From an uncultured Thermoplasmatales archaeon (GTDB lineage: Archaea; Thermoplasmatota; E2; UBA202; DSCA01), in contig CAZESS010000001.1 of assembly GCA_964514975.1 (NCBI GenBank), positions 55,845 to 119,844 of the forward strand: 64,000 nt of DNA, given 5' to 3'. The stretch's first letter is position 1. Each line of letters begins with the position of its first letter. The notes beneath the pieces were generated by a model. The model was not told the origin of the DNA. It saw only the letters and a program-made list of their open reading frames with translations, and did not search any database. A program made the translations under genes and the position numbers. Positions 44,907 to 55,245 of the stretch are shown here, in pieces.

Positions 44907-45449
44907 ATGCAGGCAATCGCGTTCACCGGTCTCCCCGGCTCAGGGAAAAGCGAAGCCGTCGCCATCGCCGAGCAACATGGATGGACGGTCATCCGGATGG
45001 GCGACGCTGTCCGGGTGGAGGCCAGGCGCCGCGGCCTGCAGCCCAGCGACGAGCATCTCGGCAGCATCGCCGACGAGCTCCGCCGGGAGGAGGGCATGGA
45101 CGTCTGGGCCCGCCGATCGCTTTCCAACGAGCAGGGAGATGTAGAGGGAGATGTGGTCATCGACGGCATCCGGAACATCGAGGAGGTCGAGTTTTTCCGC
45201 GAGGCGCTCGACGACTTCGTGCTCGTCGCCGTGCACGCGTCACCCGAGACGCGCTACCGGCGGCTGCGTGAACGCGGCCGCTCCGACGATTCGGCATCGT
45301 TCGATGAGCTGAAACGGCGCGATGAACGGGAGCTCCGCTGGGGCATCGGCAGCGTGGTGGCCATGGCCGACGTGGTCGTTGTCAACGAGGGCACCCTGGC
45401 AGCGTTTCGTGAAAAAATAACCGGCCTGATGGCCGATATCGCGGGATAA
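44907..45449 (+). CDS. P-loop kinase family protein (UPF0200, dephospho-CoA-kinase-like fold)
   Basis: [36 protein letters not shown] and [14 protein letters not shown] 44907 lies about 25 nt after the TTTTTTATATAGC box (44875-44887). ATG 44892 is an alternative start. Confidence 0.75.
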   Translation: MQAIAFTGLPGSGKSEAVAIAEQHGWTVIRMGDAVRVEARRRGLQPSDEHLGSIADELRREEGMDVWARRSLSNEQGDVEGDVVIDGIRNIEEVEFFREALDDFVLVAVHASPETRYRRLRERGRSDDSASFDELKRRDERELRWGIGSVVAMADVVVVNEGTLAAFREKITGLMADIAG

Positions 45450-45510
45450 CCCGCCGGTGGTGCATCGGGATGTGGGCAAACTAATTAAATGGCTTTTTCT
45501 TGCCTCTCCC

Positions 45511-46761
45511 ATGGATTACAAGGTCAAGGACATCGGGCTGGCCGATGAGGGGCGACGACTCATCGGCTGGGCCGAGGACCACATGCCCGTGCTGATGGAC
45601 ATCCGGAATGATTTTGTGCAGCGCAGGCCGCTGGCCGACGTGACCGTCGCGTGCTGCCTGCATGTCACCAAGGAGACGGCGGTGCTGATGAAAACCCTGC
45701 AGGCCGGTGGCGCCACGGTCGCATTGTGCGGCTCGAACCCATTGTCGACGCACGACGCCGTCGCTGCGGCGCTGGCCGAGGAGGGCATCCATGTCTACGC
45801 GTGGCGGGGGAACAGCGACGAATACTACTGGGCAGTCAACCGGACGCTTGACTACAGGCCGCAGATAACGATGGACGACGGCGGCGATTTAGTTACCACG
45901 TTGCACACCGACCGGCAGGAGTCGCTCGAGCATGTCATCGGGGGGACGGAGGAGACCACGACGGGTGTCAACCGCCAGCGGGTGATGGCCGATCAGGGCG
46001 ACCTGCGCTTCCCACTGGTGGCGGTCAACGACGCGATGACCAAGCATTTTTTCGACAACCGCTATGGCACGGGCCAGTCCACCATCGACGGCATCCTCAG
46101 GGCGACATCGGTATTGCTCGCCGGCAAAACGTTCGTGGTCGCGGGCTACGGCTGGTGCGGCCGCGGCCTGGCGATGCGCGCCGAGGGCATGGGCGCCAGC
46201 GTCATCGTCACCGAGATAGACGAAATACGGGCGCTGGAGGCCGTCATGGACGGCTACCGGGTGATGCCGATGGCCGAGGCCGCCCGCCTGGGTGACATTT
46301 TCGTCACCGTCACCGGCAACAAGCACGTCATCGACGCAGCGGCGCTCGACGCAATGAAGGACGGTGCCATTGTCGCCAACGCCGGCCATTTCGACAACGA
46401 GATCAACGTGCCCTACCTCCACGGGCAGGCGGTGCAGGAGCAGGACGTGCGCGACAACACCCGGCGTTACGTGCTGCCGGACGGCCGGAGCATTTATCTG
46501 CTGGCGGAGGGCCGCCTGGTCAACCTCGCAGCGGCGGAGGGTCATCCCAGCGAGGTCATGGACATGTCCTTTGCAAACCAGGCGCTGGTTGCCCGCTGGC
46601 TCACCGAGGAAGGAGGCGACCTCGGCAACAAGGTGTACAGGGTGCCCGACACCATCGACCGGGAGGTCGCCCGCCGCAAGCTTGCGACCATGGACGTTGC
46701 CATCGACAGGCTGACGGAGGAGCAGCGGAGCTACATGGACGACTGGCATGAAGGAACATGA
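45511..46761 (+). CDS. ahcY: S-adenosyl-L-homocysteine hydrolase
   Basis: [57 protein letters not shown] and GHFDNEI. Confidence 0.93.
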   Translation: MDYKVKDIGLADEGRRLIGWAEDHMPVLMDIRNDFVQRRPLADVTVACCLHVTKETAVLMKTLQAGGATVALCGSNPLSTHDAVAAALAEEGIHVYAWRGNSDEYYWAVNRTLDYRPQITMDDGGDLVTTLHTDRQESLEHVIGGTEETTTGVNRQRVMADQGDLRFPLVAVNDAMTKHFFDNRYGTGQSTIDGILRATSVLLAGKTFVVAGYGWCGRGLAMRAEGMGASVIVTEIDEIRALEAVMDGYRVMPMAEAARLGDIFVTVTGNKHVIDAAALDAMKDGAIVANAGHFDNEINVPYLHGQAVQEQDVRDNTRRYVLPDGRSIYLLAEGRLVNLAAAEGHPSEVMDMSFANQALVARWLTEEGGDLGNKVYRVPDTIDREVARRKLATMDVAIDRLTEEQRSYMDDWHEGT

Positions 46762-47504
46762 ACGAGCTCATTGAGCATGCCGCCAGGGACATCGTCGCCG
46801 CCGATACGGCCATGGCGCTGACGGGCGCCGGCGTTTCGACGGAGTCAGGCATCCCCGACTTCCGGAGCAAAAACGGGTTGTGGAGCCGCTACGACATCCA
46901 TGAATATGGGACCGTCGACGCCTTCCACCGCAATCCGGGCAAGGTCTGGTGCATGCTCCGGGAGATGCTGTCCCTGCTTGACGCGGAGCCCAACCCGGCC
47001 CATCGGGCGCTCGCCAGGCTCGAAGAGCTGGGATATCTCGACGCCGTCGTCACGCAAAACGTCGACAACCTGCACCAGGAGGCGGGCAGCCAGACCGTCA
47101 TCGAGTTCCACGGCAACTTCACCCGCGTGGTCTGCCAGCGCTGCGGAAAACAGCGGGCCGCGGAACAGGTATCGCTCGACGAGCTGCCGCCCCGCTGCAC
47201 GTGCGGCGGCGTGCTAAAACCCGACGGCGTGTTCTTCGGCGGGCAGATACCCCCGGAGGCGTACCGGCGGACGATGGCGCTGGCGCAGCGCTGCGACCTG
47301 CTGCTCGTTGTGGGCACCTCGGCGACGGTGTCGCCGGCGAACCAGCTGCCCTACCTGGTGAAAGCCGGGGATGGGACGGTCATCGAGGTCAACACGGAGG
47401 CGACGGAGATCACCGGCGGCCTGTCAGACTATCTTATCAGAGGAAAAGCGGGGGAGGTGTTGCCCTGTCTCGTTGACGCGGTCATGTCGGCCAGTCAACC
47501 GTGA
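46758..47504 (+). CDS. cobB: NAD-dependent protein deacylase (Sir2 family)
   Basis: [26 protein letters not shown] and the Zn module C-x2-C...C-x-CGG. The start overlaps the ahcY stop by 4 nt. Confidence 0.9.
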   Translation: MNELIEHAARDIVAADTAMALTGAGVSTESGIPDFRSKNGLWSRYDIHEYGTVDAFHRNPGKVWCMLREMLSLLDAEPNPAHRALARLEELGYLDAVVTQNVDNLHQEAGSQTVIEFHGNFTRVVCQRCGKQRAAEQVSLDELPPRCTCGGVLKPDGVFFGGQIPPEAYRRTMALAQRCDLLLVVGTSATVSPANQLPYLVKAGDGTVIEVNTEATEITGGLSDYLIRGKAGEVLPCLVDAVMSASQP

Positions 47505-48174
47505 CCTGCTCGGCGGCGCCGCGCTCCACCAGGATGTCGGCTGTTTTTTTGGGCAGCACGACCACGTCCTCTTTTTCCAGCTCGTAGTTGTTCATGTCGC
47601 TGCCGACAAACGAGGGCATGTCCTGCAGCATCCGGAGCGTGACATCCTGCTCGACGGACCTCCCTGGTTCCTCGGTGTCGGATGGCTCTCGCGCTTCAGG
47701 TGGTCCTGTTTCCCGCGTCTGCTCGGGCTGCGGCGCTGCTGCCGTGTCGTTTTCGCTCTCAGTCGTCGATGATGGCTCTGGTGGCTGGTCCTCCTGCTCC
47801 TCGCGGGAGACGTCGCCTTCGAGGATGCGCCGCCGGTTGTCCCTGAGCAACGCTACAAGCCGGTCGTAAAACCGGCGCTCCTGCCGGGTGAGATGCTTCG
47901 GGGTGTGACTCCCGACAGCTGCGAACACTACCTTTTTCTGCCGCCTCTCATATATTTTTTCGAGGCTGCGCTTCGCGTTGCGCAGCTCGTCGGAGATGAG
48001 CATGACTTTCTTCGACGACGGGTTCTTCGAACGTTCTTCCTCCAGCCGTCTCTCAAGCTGTCTGATGTGCTGGAGTGCCTCCTCGAAAAAATCGTCGCCG
48101 ATGTTCATGAGCTCCGGGGATCGTCGTTCCCGCTGTTCCAGCTTGCGCAGCTTCGTGTAGTCAAACGTGGCCAT
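47482..48174 (-). CDS. GINS complex subunit (Gins51-like) with an acidic low-complexity linker
   Basis: N-terminal helical A-domain (LRKLEQRERRSPELMNIGDDFFEEALQHI). C-terminal B-domain pattern ([39 protein letters not shown]). Same strand as priL-priS. Confidence 0.65.
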   Translation of the reverse strand: MATFDYTKLRKLEQRERRSPELMNIGDDFFEEALQHIRQLERRLEEERSKNPSSKKVMLISDELRNAKRSLEKIYERRQKKVVFAAVGSHTPKHLTRQERRFYDRLVALLRDNRRRILEGDVSREEQEDQPPEPSSTTESENDTAAAPQPEQTRETGPPEAREPSDTEEPGRSVEQDVTLRMLQDMPSFVGSDMNNYELEKEDVVVLPKKTADILVERGAAEQVTVDWPT

Positions 48175-48237
48175 CTACACACACATTGGCCATCGGATAT
48201 TTATGTTTTGAGTGCCCGCTGCACAGGAAGGCATTAT

Positions 48238-48248
48238 GCTTATATAGC
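48238..48248 (+). promoter_or_regulatory. TATA-like box upstream of the 1099-aa surface-protein gene
   Basis: GCTTATATAGC lies about 30 nt upstream of ATG 48275. A near-identical TATATAGCGT occurs at 44881 upstream of the UPF0200 gene. Confidence 0.45.
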
Positions 48249-48274
48249 GTGTTCATTATATCGGTTGTGAAATA

Positions 48275-51200
48275 ATGAAACTCATGAAGCGCTCCGGCTG
48301 GATAATGTCGCTTTTCGTCGCCGCTCTTCTGCTTTCAACTCCATTGTTTTCCCTGGCTGAAGGTGCCCGCGAGGTTCCATCGGGCTTCACCGGTGTCTCC
48401 TGGAACCGTGTGGTCCCGGTGAACAAGGCCACCCTGGTGCAACATGACGAGAACAGCTACCTCGACGACCTCGCCTATATGGCTGCCATCCCGTCGAGCG
48501 TGTTCTACGACCACAACACCGACAAATTGTACTCGAATCCGCTGCTCTTCTACGAGGACAACCAGGAGCTCGACCGGAAAAACCGGACGCTCAACGCCTA
48601 CAAGGGCCTCAACTATTTCATGGAGGACTGGCAGACCTACACCGGCGGCGTCAAAAAAATCGAGACCATCAACATGGGCGACAGGGAGCCATGGCAGGCC
48701 AAAAACTACACCCACATCAACGGCCAGGACCCCTACAGCATCGCCACCCAGATGGCGCTTGAGGACTGGTCATATGCGGACAGCGCCGTCGTCGCGGCGC
48801 TGGGCAACATGTCCGGTACGGGCAACACCACCACCGGCACCATGACCGGTACCATGTCCGCCGGGTCTGTCAAGCATATCAGGCAGACCGCGGTGAAGCA
48901 GGACTCCATCGCCCCGCAGTACAACGACTTCTATGTCGCCGACGACTACAAATACATCAAGGCCAACCTGACCTGGCCGTCCAAGAGCTGGCTGCCCACG
49001 CTCTCCTATCTCGGCACCCTCGGGCTATTGCAGGGCGGCCTGACCATTCCCTCCGCCGATCCAGACCTGCACCTCTACTGCAACTACGGCGGCCTCATGC
49101 AGGTCGCCTCATCGCAGAACTGGAACGTGATGGCCGGCGCCAGCGAAAGCTGCGAAAGCTACATTTACGCGCCCGGCAACTGGAAGTCCGCCGTCGTCGA
49201 CATCCCGACCAAGGGACCGCTCGGCGAGCGCCATGGCACCATCATGGAGCGCATCCGTGACCTCATCACCGGCCAGGTGCACTACCTCATCGACATCTCG
49301 CTGTACCCCGGCAAAGAGATAGAGATACCGGAGGCGACGCCGTTCATGTGCCGCGATGTCACCTTTGAGCTCAGCTGGAAGGGCGGCGGCCCGCTCGGAC
49401 TGGTCATCGTCGACGAGAACAACGTCGCGGTCGGCGAGGCCGTGGCCACCAACGTGTCAAAGCAGACGCTGGAGCTCGACCAGCTCGGCGAGGGCAACTA
49501 CCGGGCCGTCGTCGTGCAGCTCGGCGAAGCGGAGCGCGAGATATCATACACCATCAACTATGAATGGAAGCAATCGATGCGGAAGGACAGCGCCAACTCG
49601 CTGATGAACGCGGCAGAGGGAGCCATCCTGGCGTCGCTCACCAACTCGCCGTTGCTCTACACCCCCGCCGACGACTTCCACGGCGACCTCGAACGGGTGC
49701 TCACCAAGCTCGGCGTCGACCACGTCTACTACGTCGACATCGGCAACCAGTCCGACGACACCATACGGCAGGAGCTACGGCGCATCTGTTCTATCAAAAA
49801 AGAATACCACACGCTCGAGGACATCTACCATGACATCCGGGGCAGAAGCGAGGAAAACGACATCGTCTTCACCACCATCGACCCCTGGACGACATGGCGT
49901 GCCGAGGAGCTCGCGCCAGCAGAGGAAAAAGAAAAAGCGCTATATCTCGGCTCCGCCGCCTACCTGGCCGCGCACCATGGAGCCCCGCTGATGGCGGTCG
50001 ACATGCATCCGCCACTCTCCAGGGCGGTGGTATGGCACACAGAATGGTGGAAGGACCACGCCGTCCGTGACGACGAGCCCAATGTCGGCGCCATGTATCT
50101 CACCAGCAAGGAGGCATACGACTACCTCGACGAAATCGGGTTTGACAAACCGGGGGAGCGCGAAAGCATCATCACCGTCGCGGGCCAGTTCGACATCGGT
50201 GTTTCATGGGACCGCGCGTTCGTGGGAGCCGCAACGCCGGGCCGTCTCATCGGCACACCGGTCGACACGGCGCAGTGGGCGTCACGGAGCGCCTTCTATC
50301 CCGCCCTTATCTATGCAAACCCGGCGGTGAGCCAGAACACCGTCAGCCTCATCAACGGCAGCAGGAGCACCCGGCAGCTCACCGGGCTGCTCAACATCGA
50401 AAAGCCGAGCCAGGAGGAATCATTCCACGCGCCGGTGCTCGCCTCATACATGACCTATGCGCATCGGTTCAACGAGCGCGCCGGAGAATACTGGGATTTC
50501 CAGTATACCACCAACACGGGCATCACGCCGTTCTATCAGCCGTCGACCAATCCCATCGACCAGGGCGTGCTCGACAAGTACGGCAAATACGGCTCATATT
50601 ATCCCGACCTCTCCGAGACAGAGGTCGTCCCGTTTTACCTCGAAAAATGCGGCTACGAGATGGCCTACGCCACGAATTTCACGGCGACGATGGAAGACCT
50701 CAACCGGGGCGTCGTCGCCTGGTTCGAGACCACCCATGGCTTCATGGAAAACTCGGGCAGCCTCGCCTTCTGGAACCCCCACGGAGTGCCGGGCTTCTTC
50801 GGTCTCAACCTGAGCCTGCCCACCGTGGAACCCAATCCCTGGCGCGGCTACGAGCTCTACCTCCCCGGATGGCTCGACGGCTCAACCCAGGAGCCCGACG
50901 TGCTGTCGCAGAGCCAGCGCCTCGGCCTCGACATCGTCCCCGCGAAGCTGAGCGACCTGCCCCTGTCCGACCTCCTGCCGGTCATCAAGCGGACGGGCTA
51001 CGATGGCATCATCATCACGGTGCTGTTCGGCCGCCTGCGCACCAAGGACTACACGGGCTACGAGATGGAGGAGGCGATGGAAAACCTGCATTCGATGGGC
51101 TTCAACGCGCTGAGCTGCCTGATCTCCAACACCTATCTCCATCTGTCGCTCATCCGCCATGGCTGCGTCTGGCAGGTCATCGACCCCTGGGAGACATCAT

Positions 51201-51574
51201 GGTATTCGGCGTTCGCAAGCGAAATGTTCGCCCGCGACCTCGCGCTCGGCAAAAACGTCGGGCAGGCTTACACGGACAGCATCCTCCACACCGGCATCGG
51301 GTATCTCACCAAGGACTGGTGGTGGGACATCAAGGAAAACCTGTGCTATTTCGGCGACCCCGACCTTTCGATGTGGTCACCACAATATGGCTGGGATAAA
51401 CCCGAGTCATTGGACAGCGGCACCATCCATGGCCATGCGCCCTTCGGCGCCACCGACTACCCGCAGGAAGAGGAAGAGGGCGGCTTCTCCATGATTATCG
51501 GCGTCGGTCTCATTCTCATTGTCGCGGCAGCCGGCGCATATCTCGGCTGGAAATACAAGCAGCGGAAAAGCTAA
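48275..51574 (+). CDS. Large membrane-anchored surface protein (1099 aa), possible C25/gingipain-like cysteine peptidase domain
   Basis: Signal peptide (WIMSLFVAALLLSTPLFSLAEG) and a C-terminal GGF plus TM plus KYKQRKS tail. The C-terminal region has THG...LSC...YFGDPDLSMW, reminiscent of C25-family His/Cys blocks and their GDP ending. The N-half has segments resembling cell-wall-binding-repeat-2 modules. The function call is weak. Confidence 0.55.
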   Translation: MKLMKRSGWIMSLFVAALLLSTPLFSLAEGAREVPSGFTGVSWNRVVPVNKATLVQHDENSYLDDLAYMAAIPSSVFYDHNTDKLYSNPLLFYEDNQELDRKNRTLNAYKGLNYFMEDWQTYTGGVKKIETINMGDREPWQAKNYTHINGQDPYSIATQMALEDWSYADSAVVAALGNMSGTGNTTTGTMTGTMSAGSVKHIRQTAVKQDSIAPQYNDFYVADDYKYIKANLTWPSKSWLPTLSYLGTLGLLQGGLTIPSADPDLHLYCNYGGLMQVASSQNWNVMAGASESCESYIYAPGNWKSAVVDIPTKGPLGERHGTIMERIRDLITGQVHYLIDISLYPGKEIEIPEATPFMCRDVTFELSWKGGGPLGLVIVDENNVAVGEAVATNVSKQTLELDQLGEGNYRAVVVQLGEAEREISYTINYEWKQSMRKDSANSLMNAAEGAILASLTNSPLLYTPADDFHGDLERVLTKLGVDHVYYVDIGNQSDDTIRQELRRICSIKKEYHTLEDIYHDIRGRSEENDIVFTTIDPWTTWRAEELAPAEEKEKALYLGSAAYLAAHHGAPLMAVDMHPPLSRAVVWHTEWWKDHAVRDDEPNVGAMYLTSKEAYDYLDEIGFDKPGERESIITVAGQFDIGVSWDRAFVGAATPGRLIGTPVDTAQWASRSAFYPALIYANPAVSQNTVSLINGSRSTRQLTGLLNIEKPSQEESFHAPVLASYMTYAHRFNERAGEYWDFQYTTNTGITPFYQPSTNPIDQGVLDKYGKYGSYYPDLSETEVVPFYLEKCGYEMAYATNFTATMEDLNRGVVAWFETTHGFMENSGSLAFWNPHGVPGFFGLNLSLPTVEPNPWRGYELYLPGWLDGSTQEPDVLSQSQRLGLDIVPAKLSDLPLSDLLPVIKRTGYDGIIITVLFGRLRTKDYTGYEMEEAMENLHSMGFNALSCLISNTYLHLSLIRHGCVWQVIDPWETSWYSAFASEMFARDLALGKNVGQAYTDSILHTGIGYLTKDWWWDIKENLCYFGDPDLSMWSPQYGWDKPESLDSGTIHGHAPFGATDYPQEEEEGGFSMIIGVGLILIVAAAGAYLGWKYKQRKS

Positions 51575-52716
51575 ATATCGGCGATGCCACGGCCGGCGAG
51601 CAGCACCGCCAGATATTCGGGTATCTCCACGGTGCCCTTCTCCAGGGAAAACCTCTGCTCCATCATCGATATCTCGACCGGGTGCTGCAGCTCCACCTCG
51701 ATGCCATCACCGCCGAAAACAACGGCATCCCGTAATGGGTCAAAGTCATCGATACCGTCGAGCGCAACCGGCGTGACACGCAGGCCGGTTTTGCCGTGCA
51801 GCGAGCCCGGCTGCCGTATCAGCCTTTTGACATCCCCGGTCACGGGTTCATCGGGTTCACCACGGAGCTCGACGGCGCACCGTTTCACCAGCTGCGGCAT
51901 GACTTTTTTGATGTATGTCGACTGGTCGATTTTCCCGCGGCGGATGCGCTCGATGCGCTCCCCGGTGACATCCTCGATGATGCCCGTGGCGGTTTTTTTG
52001 CCGACGCCCTCGAAAGAGGTCAGCAATTTCATCGCCTCGTCCTGTTCCATGTCCTGGAGCTCCCGGAAAAAATCGACGATGTCCCGGCTGATCTTGCCCT
52101 GCCAGCCCGGCGCATCCGGCGGCGCTATCTCCATCGCCGTCTGGGTCATCCGTCCCCGGCGGGCGATGGTTTTTTCCCGTAGCATCGCGTCGAGGTTGAG
52201 CCCCCTGCCGGTGATATAGTCGACGATCTCTCGCCGCGCCTGGCTCTCCAGTGGCAGCACCTCGGGATGGACGACATGGCAGTGGTAGCCCCGGCCGCCG
52301 CTGAAGTACAATGACAGCTCCTGGTCGGTGAAGCCGAAATCCTCGGTCAAAAACGAGACGAGCTTTTTGAGCTCCTCCTTGACTGCCTCGAGCATTTCCT
52401 CATAGCGCATGTCTTCCGCCCCTGGCAGATGGTCCGCATCGAGATCGAAGATGAGGTCGGCGCCCATCCAGCCTTTTTCCTGCATCGTCGAGGCATCCGG
52501 CGTCTTGTAGTAGGCCGAGGAATGGTAGACATGCGCCGGCGCCCGGTCCCTGAGCAGCTCAAGCAGCTCGTCATGCTGCCTGAAGCCCACGTGGCGGGTC
52601 ATCCCGGCCTGGTCGAAAAACACGAAGCCATACTCGCGGCGGGCGAAGCGACGCGGCGCCGGAATCGCTGCATCGCGATAGTAGCGCCGGAACCGTTCCT
52701 GCAGGAAGCTACCCAT
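51571..52716 (-). CDS. priS: DNA primase small (catalytic) subunit PriS
   Basis: RREYGF, YYKTP, DLIFDLDADH (catalytic acidic triad region) and YFSGGRGYHCHV. Confidence 0.9.
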   Translation of the reverse strand: MGSFLQERFRRYYRDAAIPAPRRFARREYGFVFFDQAGMTRHVGFRQHDELLELLRDRAPAHVYHSSAYYKTPDASTMQEKGWMGADLIFDLDADHLPGAEDMRYEEMLEAVKEELKKLVSFLTEDFGFTDQELSLYFSGGRGYHCHVVHPEVLPLESQARREIVDYITGRGLNLDAMLREKTIARRGRMTQTAMEIAPPDAPGWQGKISRDIVDFFRELQDMEQDEAMKLLTSFEGVGKKTATGIIEDVTGERIERIRRGKIDQSTYIKKVMPQLVKRCAVELRGEPDEPVTGDVKRLIRQPGSLHGKTGLRVTPVALDGIDDFDPLRDAVVFGGDGIEVELQHPVEISMMEQRFSLEKGTVEIPEYLAVLLAGRGIADI

Positions 52717-53722
52717 TGTGCCTCCGCGCCCGGCTTTTGATGCGGTAGTAGCCGAGCGGATGTTTCACCCGTTTGCAGATGGCATCCATTTTTTCGACCG
52801 GGCAGAGCCCCCAGCTCTTGATGGACGAGCAGCTCGGCGGCGTATATTCGGTGCCGGAGACCTTGCCCGTGATGTGCTCTATCTGGTAGCGCGTCTTCCC
52901 GCGGCTGAAGTCAGGTGAGCCGCCGAACAATGCGACGATGTCGTTGGTGTCCATGCCCACCGCATGCAAAAACGATACCAGGGTGAACCGGCCGACATGG
53001 GGCACGTTGACGCCTGATTGAGCGGCGGCGAGCAGCTGCCGGATGCAGGGCGGCAGCTTGGTGACCGTCACCTCGCCCATGTCGGCCTCCCGCTGCATCT
53101 GCCGTTCCTCCATCAGGGTGCGCAGCCGGGTGACCTCGTCCTCGAACACATGCCGGACATCGGAGGGCGGCTTCATCTGCCGTACCTCCCGGTAGATGGC
53201 GTCCTGGATGGCGTTCTGCAGCAGACGGGCGAGCTGCCGTTTCTGCAGCGATATCCATCCCCGGCTGAGGGGCATGTTGACGAGCTTCCAGCTATCGCTC
53301 CACGTCGGCGCATGTTCCAGGTAGTCGGTGAAATAAATTGTCATGTCGTCGCTGACCTCAAGGCCGTATTCATCGGCAATGGCCACGAGCATTCCCCTGT
53401 CCTCGTTCTGGAGGTATTCGTAGGCCCGCTTGGCCTCAGACAGCGCATACCGGCCGGTGGCGTAGCCGCTGCTGACGCTTGCGACGATGATGCGGGCGAT
53501 GGGATAGGAAAAAATGTTCATCAGCACATCTGTTTCAGATGCGGCTGGATAGTCGCCGACCACGCCGTCCCGGATGGCGTCGTTGACCCGCTGCCGTCCG
53601 AGCGCTCTTGCACGCTCATAGATGGGGTCGTGCAGTATTTCGCCGGTGCGGACGTCTTCTTCTTTTACCAGTTGCCGTGCCTCGTTGAGAAAGGGATACC
53701 GGGCGAGCTGGGTGACATCCAC
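52709..53722 (-). CDS. priL: DNA primase large subunit PriL
   Basis: YPFLNEA N-terminus. Fe-S cluster cysteines: PPCIRQLL and YTPPSCSSIKSWGLCPV..DAIC. It overlaps priS by 8 nt. Confidence 0.88.
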   Translation of the reverse strand: MDVTQLARYPFLNEARQLVKEEDVRTGEILHDPIYERARALGRQRVNDAIRDGVVGDYPAASETDVLMNIFSYPIARIIVASVSSGYATGRYALSEAKRAYEYLQNEDRGMLVAIADEYGLEVSDDMTIYFTDYLEHAPTWSDSWKLVNMPLSRGWISLQKRQLARLLQNAIQDAIYREVRQMKPPSDVRHVFEDEVTRLRTLMEERQMQREADMGEVTVTKLPPCIRQLLAAAQSGVNVPHVGRFTLVSFLHAVGMDTNDIVALFGGSPDFSRGKTRYQIEHITGKVSGTEYTPPSCSSIKSWGLCPVEKMDAICKRVKHPLGYYRIKSRARRHNG

Positions 53723-53867
53723 GCTGTAACATCCCGGGGCTTATTTAATGTTTTATGGACGGGGGATACCTGTCGGTTAAAAATTTTTATTGTATATGCG
53801 CTGTTAGCACGGGCGTGCCATATGGATTTTTTCATGGTATTCGTTTGGTATCACAATGGCTTCATGT

Positions 53868-54428
53868 CTAATAGTCAACCGTTACTGCAAAACCCTTAAT
53901 CAGTATTCTCCGGCCACTGCGTTCCCAGGCGACACCCGTAAACCCATAAAGGGCGCCGTTGAACGCTGCACCTTTGTCATTTCCTATTGTATATGTTCCA
54001 CCCTGTTGGTTGATATGTATAAATGGACACGATAAAAAGAGTGGAAACCGGGAGCTTCGCACATCTGAAAAATGACGTAAGAAATCCGGTAGTTTGTCAT
54101 TGAGGAAAAAATCTATCAGAGGAAGGTCAGGGTACAATCCTATGAGCTCAAAACAAAGGTAGATGAATTGTGCGATGACCATGGGAACAAGTGCTACATA
54201 AAATGCTGTCGGGTAGAGGTTGCCATATCCCTCAATGTGAACGGGCACGAAATGCCTGGTGGGCGCTGATTCCGGTAGTTCCCGGGGTTCCACTGTCGCA
54301 TCTGCTCCATGGTCTTTGTCATCTACATGTGTCGTTTCAATGGGTAGGTTTTCGTTAACCGCTCCCTGCATTGTGCCTGATACCATGACGATGAGAATGA
54401 ATACGGTAAATATGGATGTATTTTTCAT
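53868..54428 (-). CDS. Hypothetical secreted/membrane protein encoded in a low-GC islet
   Basis: Signal peptide MKNTSIFTVFILIVMVSGTMQG and one internal hydrophobic helix (TAFYVALVPMVIAQFIYLCF). No motif recognised. Confidence 0.5.
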   Translation of the reverse strand: MKNTSIFTVFILIVMVSGTMQGAVNENLPIETTHVDDKDHGADATVEPRELPESAPTRHFVPVHIEGYGNLYPTAFYVALVPMVIAQFIYLCFELIGLYPDLPLIDFFLNDKLPDFLRHFSDVRSSRFPLFLSCPFIHINQQGGTYTIGNDKGAAFNGALYGFTGVAWERSGRRILIKGFAVTVDY

Positions 54429-54579
54429 ATATGTCTCTCCTATCCGATATAACAGCTTATAAAAATATAATGTTTTCTAAAAATGGCTCATACTGCTGAA
54501 GCGGGTTTGATTCCCTCCTCCCGCCGGTGTGGACGTTTTTTCTTTTACCCGCTGTCGTCCATTAATGGATGAAACGTGG

Positions 54580-55059
54580 CTATGCCACCTCGACGATGAA
54601 CGTGGCATGCGCAGCATTTATTGCCAGGAGCGACGGCAGCACGATGGTCTGTCCCTCGACCTCGATTTCGACGAGGCCGACGGTGCCTGTCTCCACGTCG
54701 TCGGTCAGAGCGAGCATGATGTCATCTGTCTCCGTTTCTCCCCGCTGCAGTGGGAACTGTGTCTGCGCTGGCGAGACAGCCAGCCATGAGGGCGCCCGGA
54801 TGACCGATACCTCGGCCCAGACGGGGAAAACCTGGACGAAATACGGCGCATAGGAGACCGCCATCTGCACATTGCCGCCCCCATGTTCGGTGACGGTGAC
54901 CTCCTGCTCGGCCATCCCGGCCTGCATCTGCCCCCACGAAATCTGGACGAGGGGGCCATCGCCGTCGATGCCCGCCGGAGCGGATGAGGATGGCGCTGCC
55001 ATGATGACGGGGCTGATGAGCACACATGTGGCTACGGCCAGCGGTATCAATTGCTTCAC
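54580..55059 (-). CDS. Hypothetical secreted protein (159 aa)
   Basis: Signal peptide MKQLIPLAVATCVLISPVIMAAP, with the remainder beta-rich. No motif recognised. Confidence 0.5.
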   Translation of the reverse strand: MKQLIPLAVATCVLISPVIMAAPSSSAPAGIDGDGPLVQISWGQMQAGMAEQEVTVTEHGGGNVQMAVSYAPYFVQVFPVWAEVSVIRAPSWLAVSPAQTQFPLQRGETETDDIMLALTDDVETGTVGLVEIEVEGQTIVLPSLLAINAAHATFIVEVA

Positions 55060-55211
55060 TTTTCCACCTCTAAACCATGCAACCTGTTATTGTTTAAAAA
55101 ATTTGTTCTCACCGGCACGGCGATACATCGCAAAACGGTATATATGTCGGATGTGTTTCGCCGGCCTGCCCGCTGCCCTCCGCCGCCATCTGCCGGGGTG
55201 ACGTGGCAAAT

Positions 55212-55219
55212 GTTAAATA
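55212..55219 (+). promoter_or_regulatory. TATA-like box of the S13-S4-S11-RpoD operon
   Basis: GTTAAATA is centred about 30 nt upstream of ATG 55246. This favours ATG 55246 over ATG 55234 as the rps13 start, on a near-leaderless mRNA. Confidence 0.45.
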
Positions 55220-55245
55220 CGGGGTCGATATTTATGGCGCTACTT

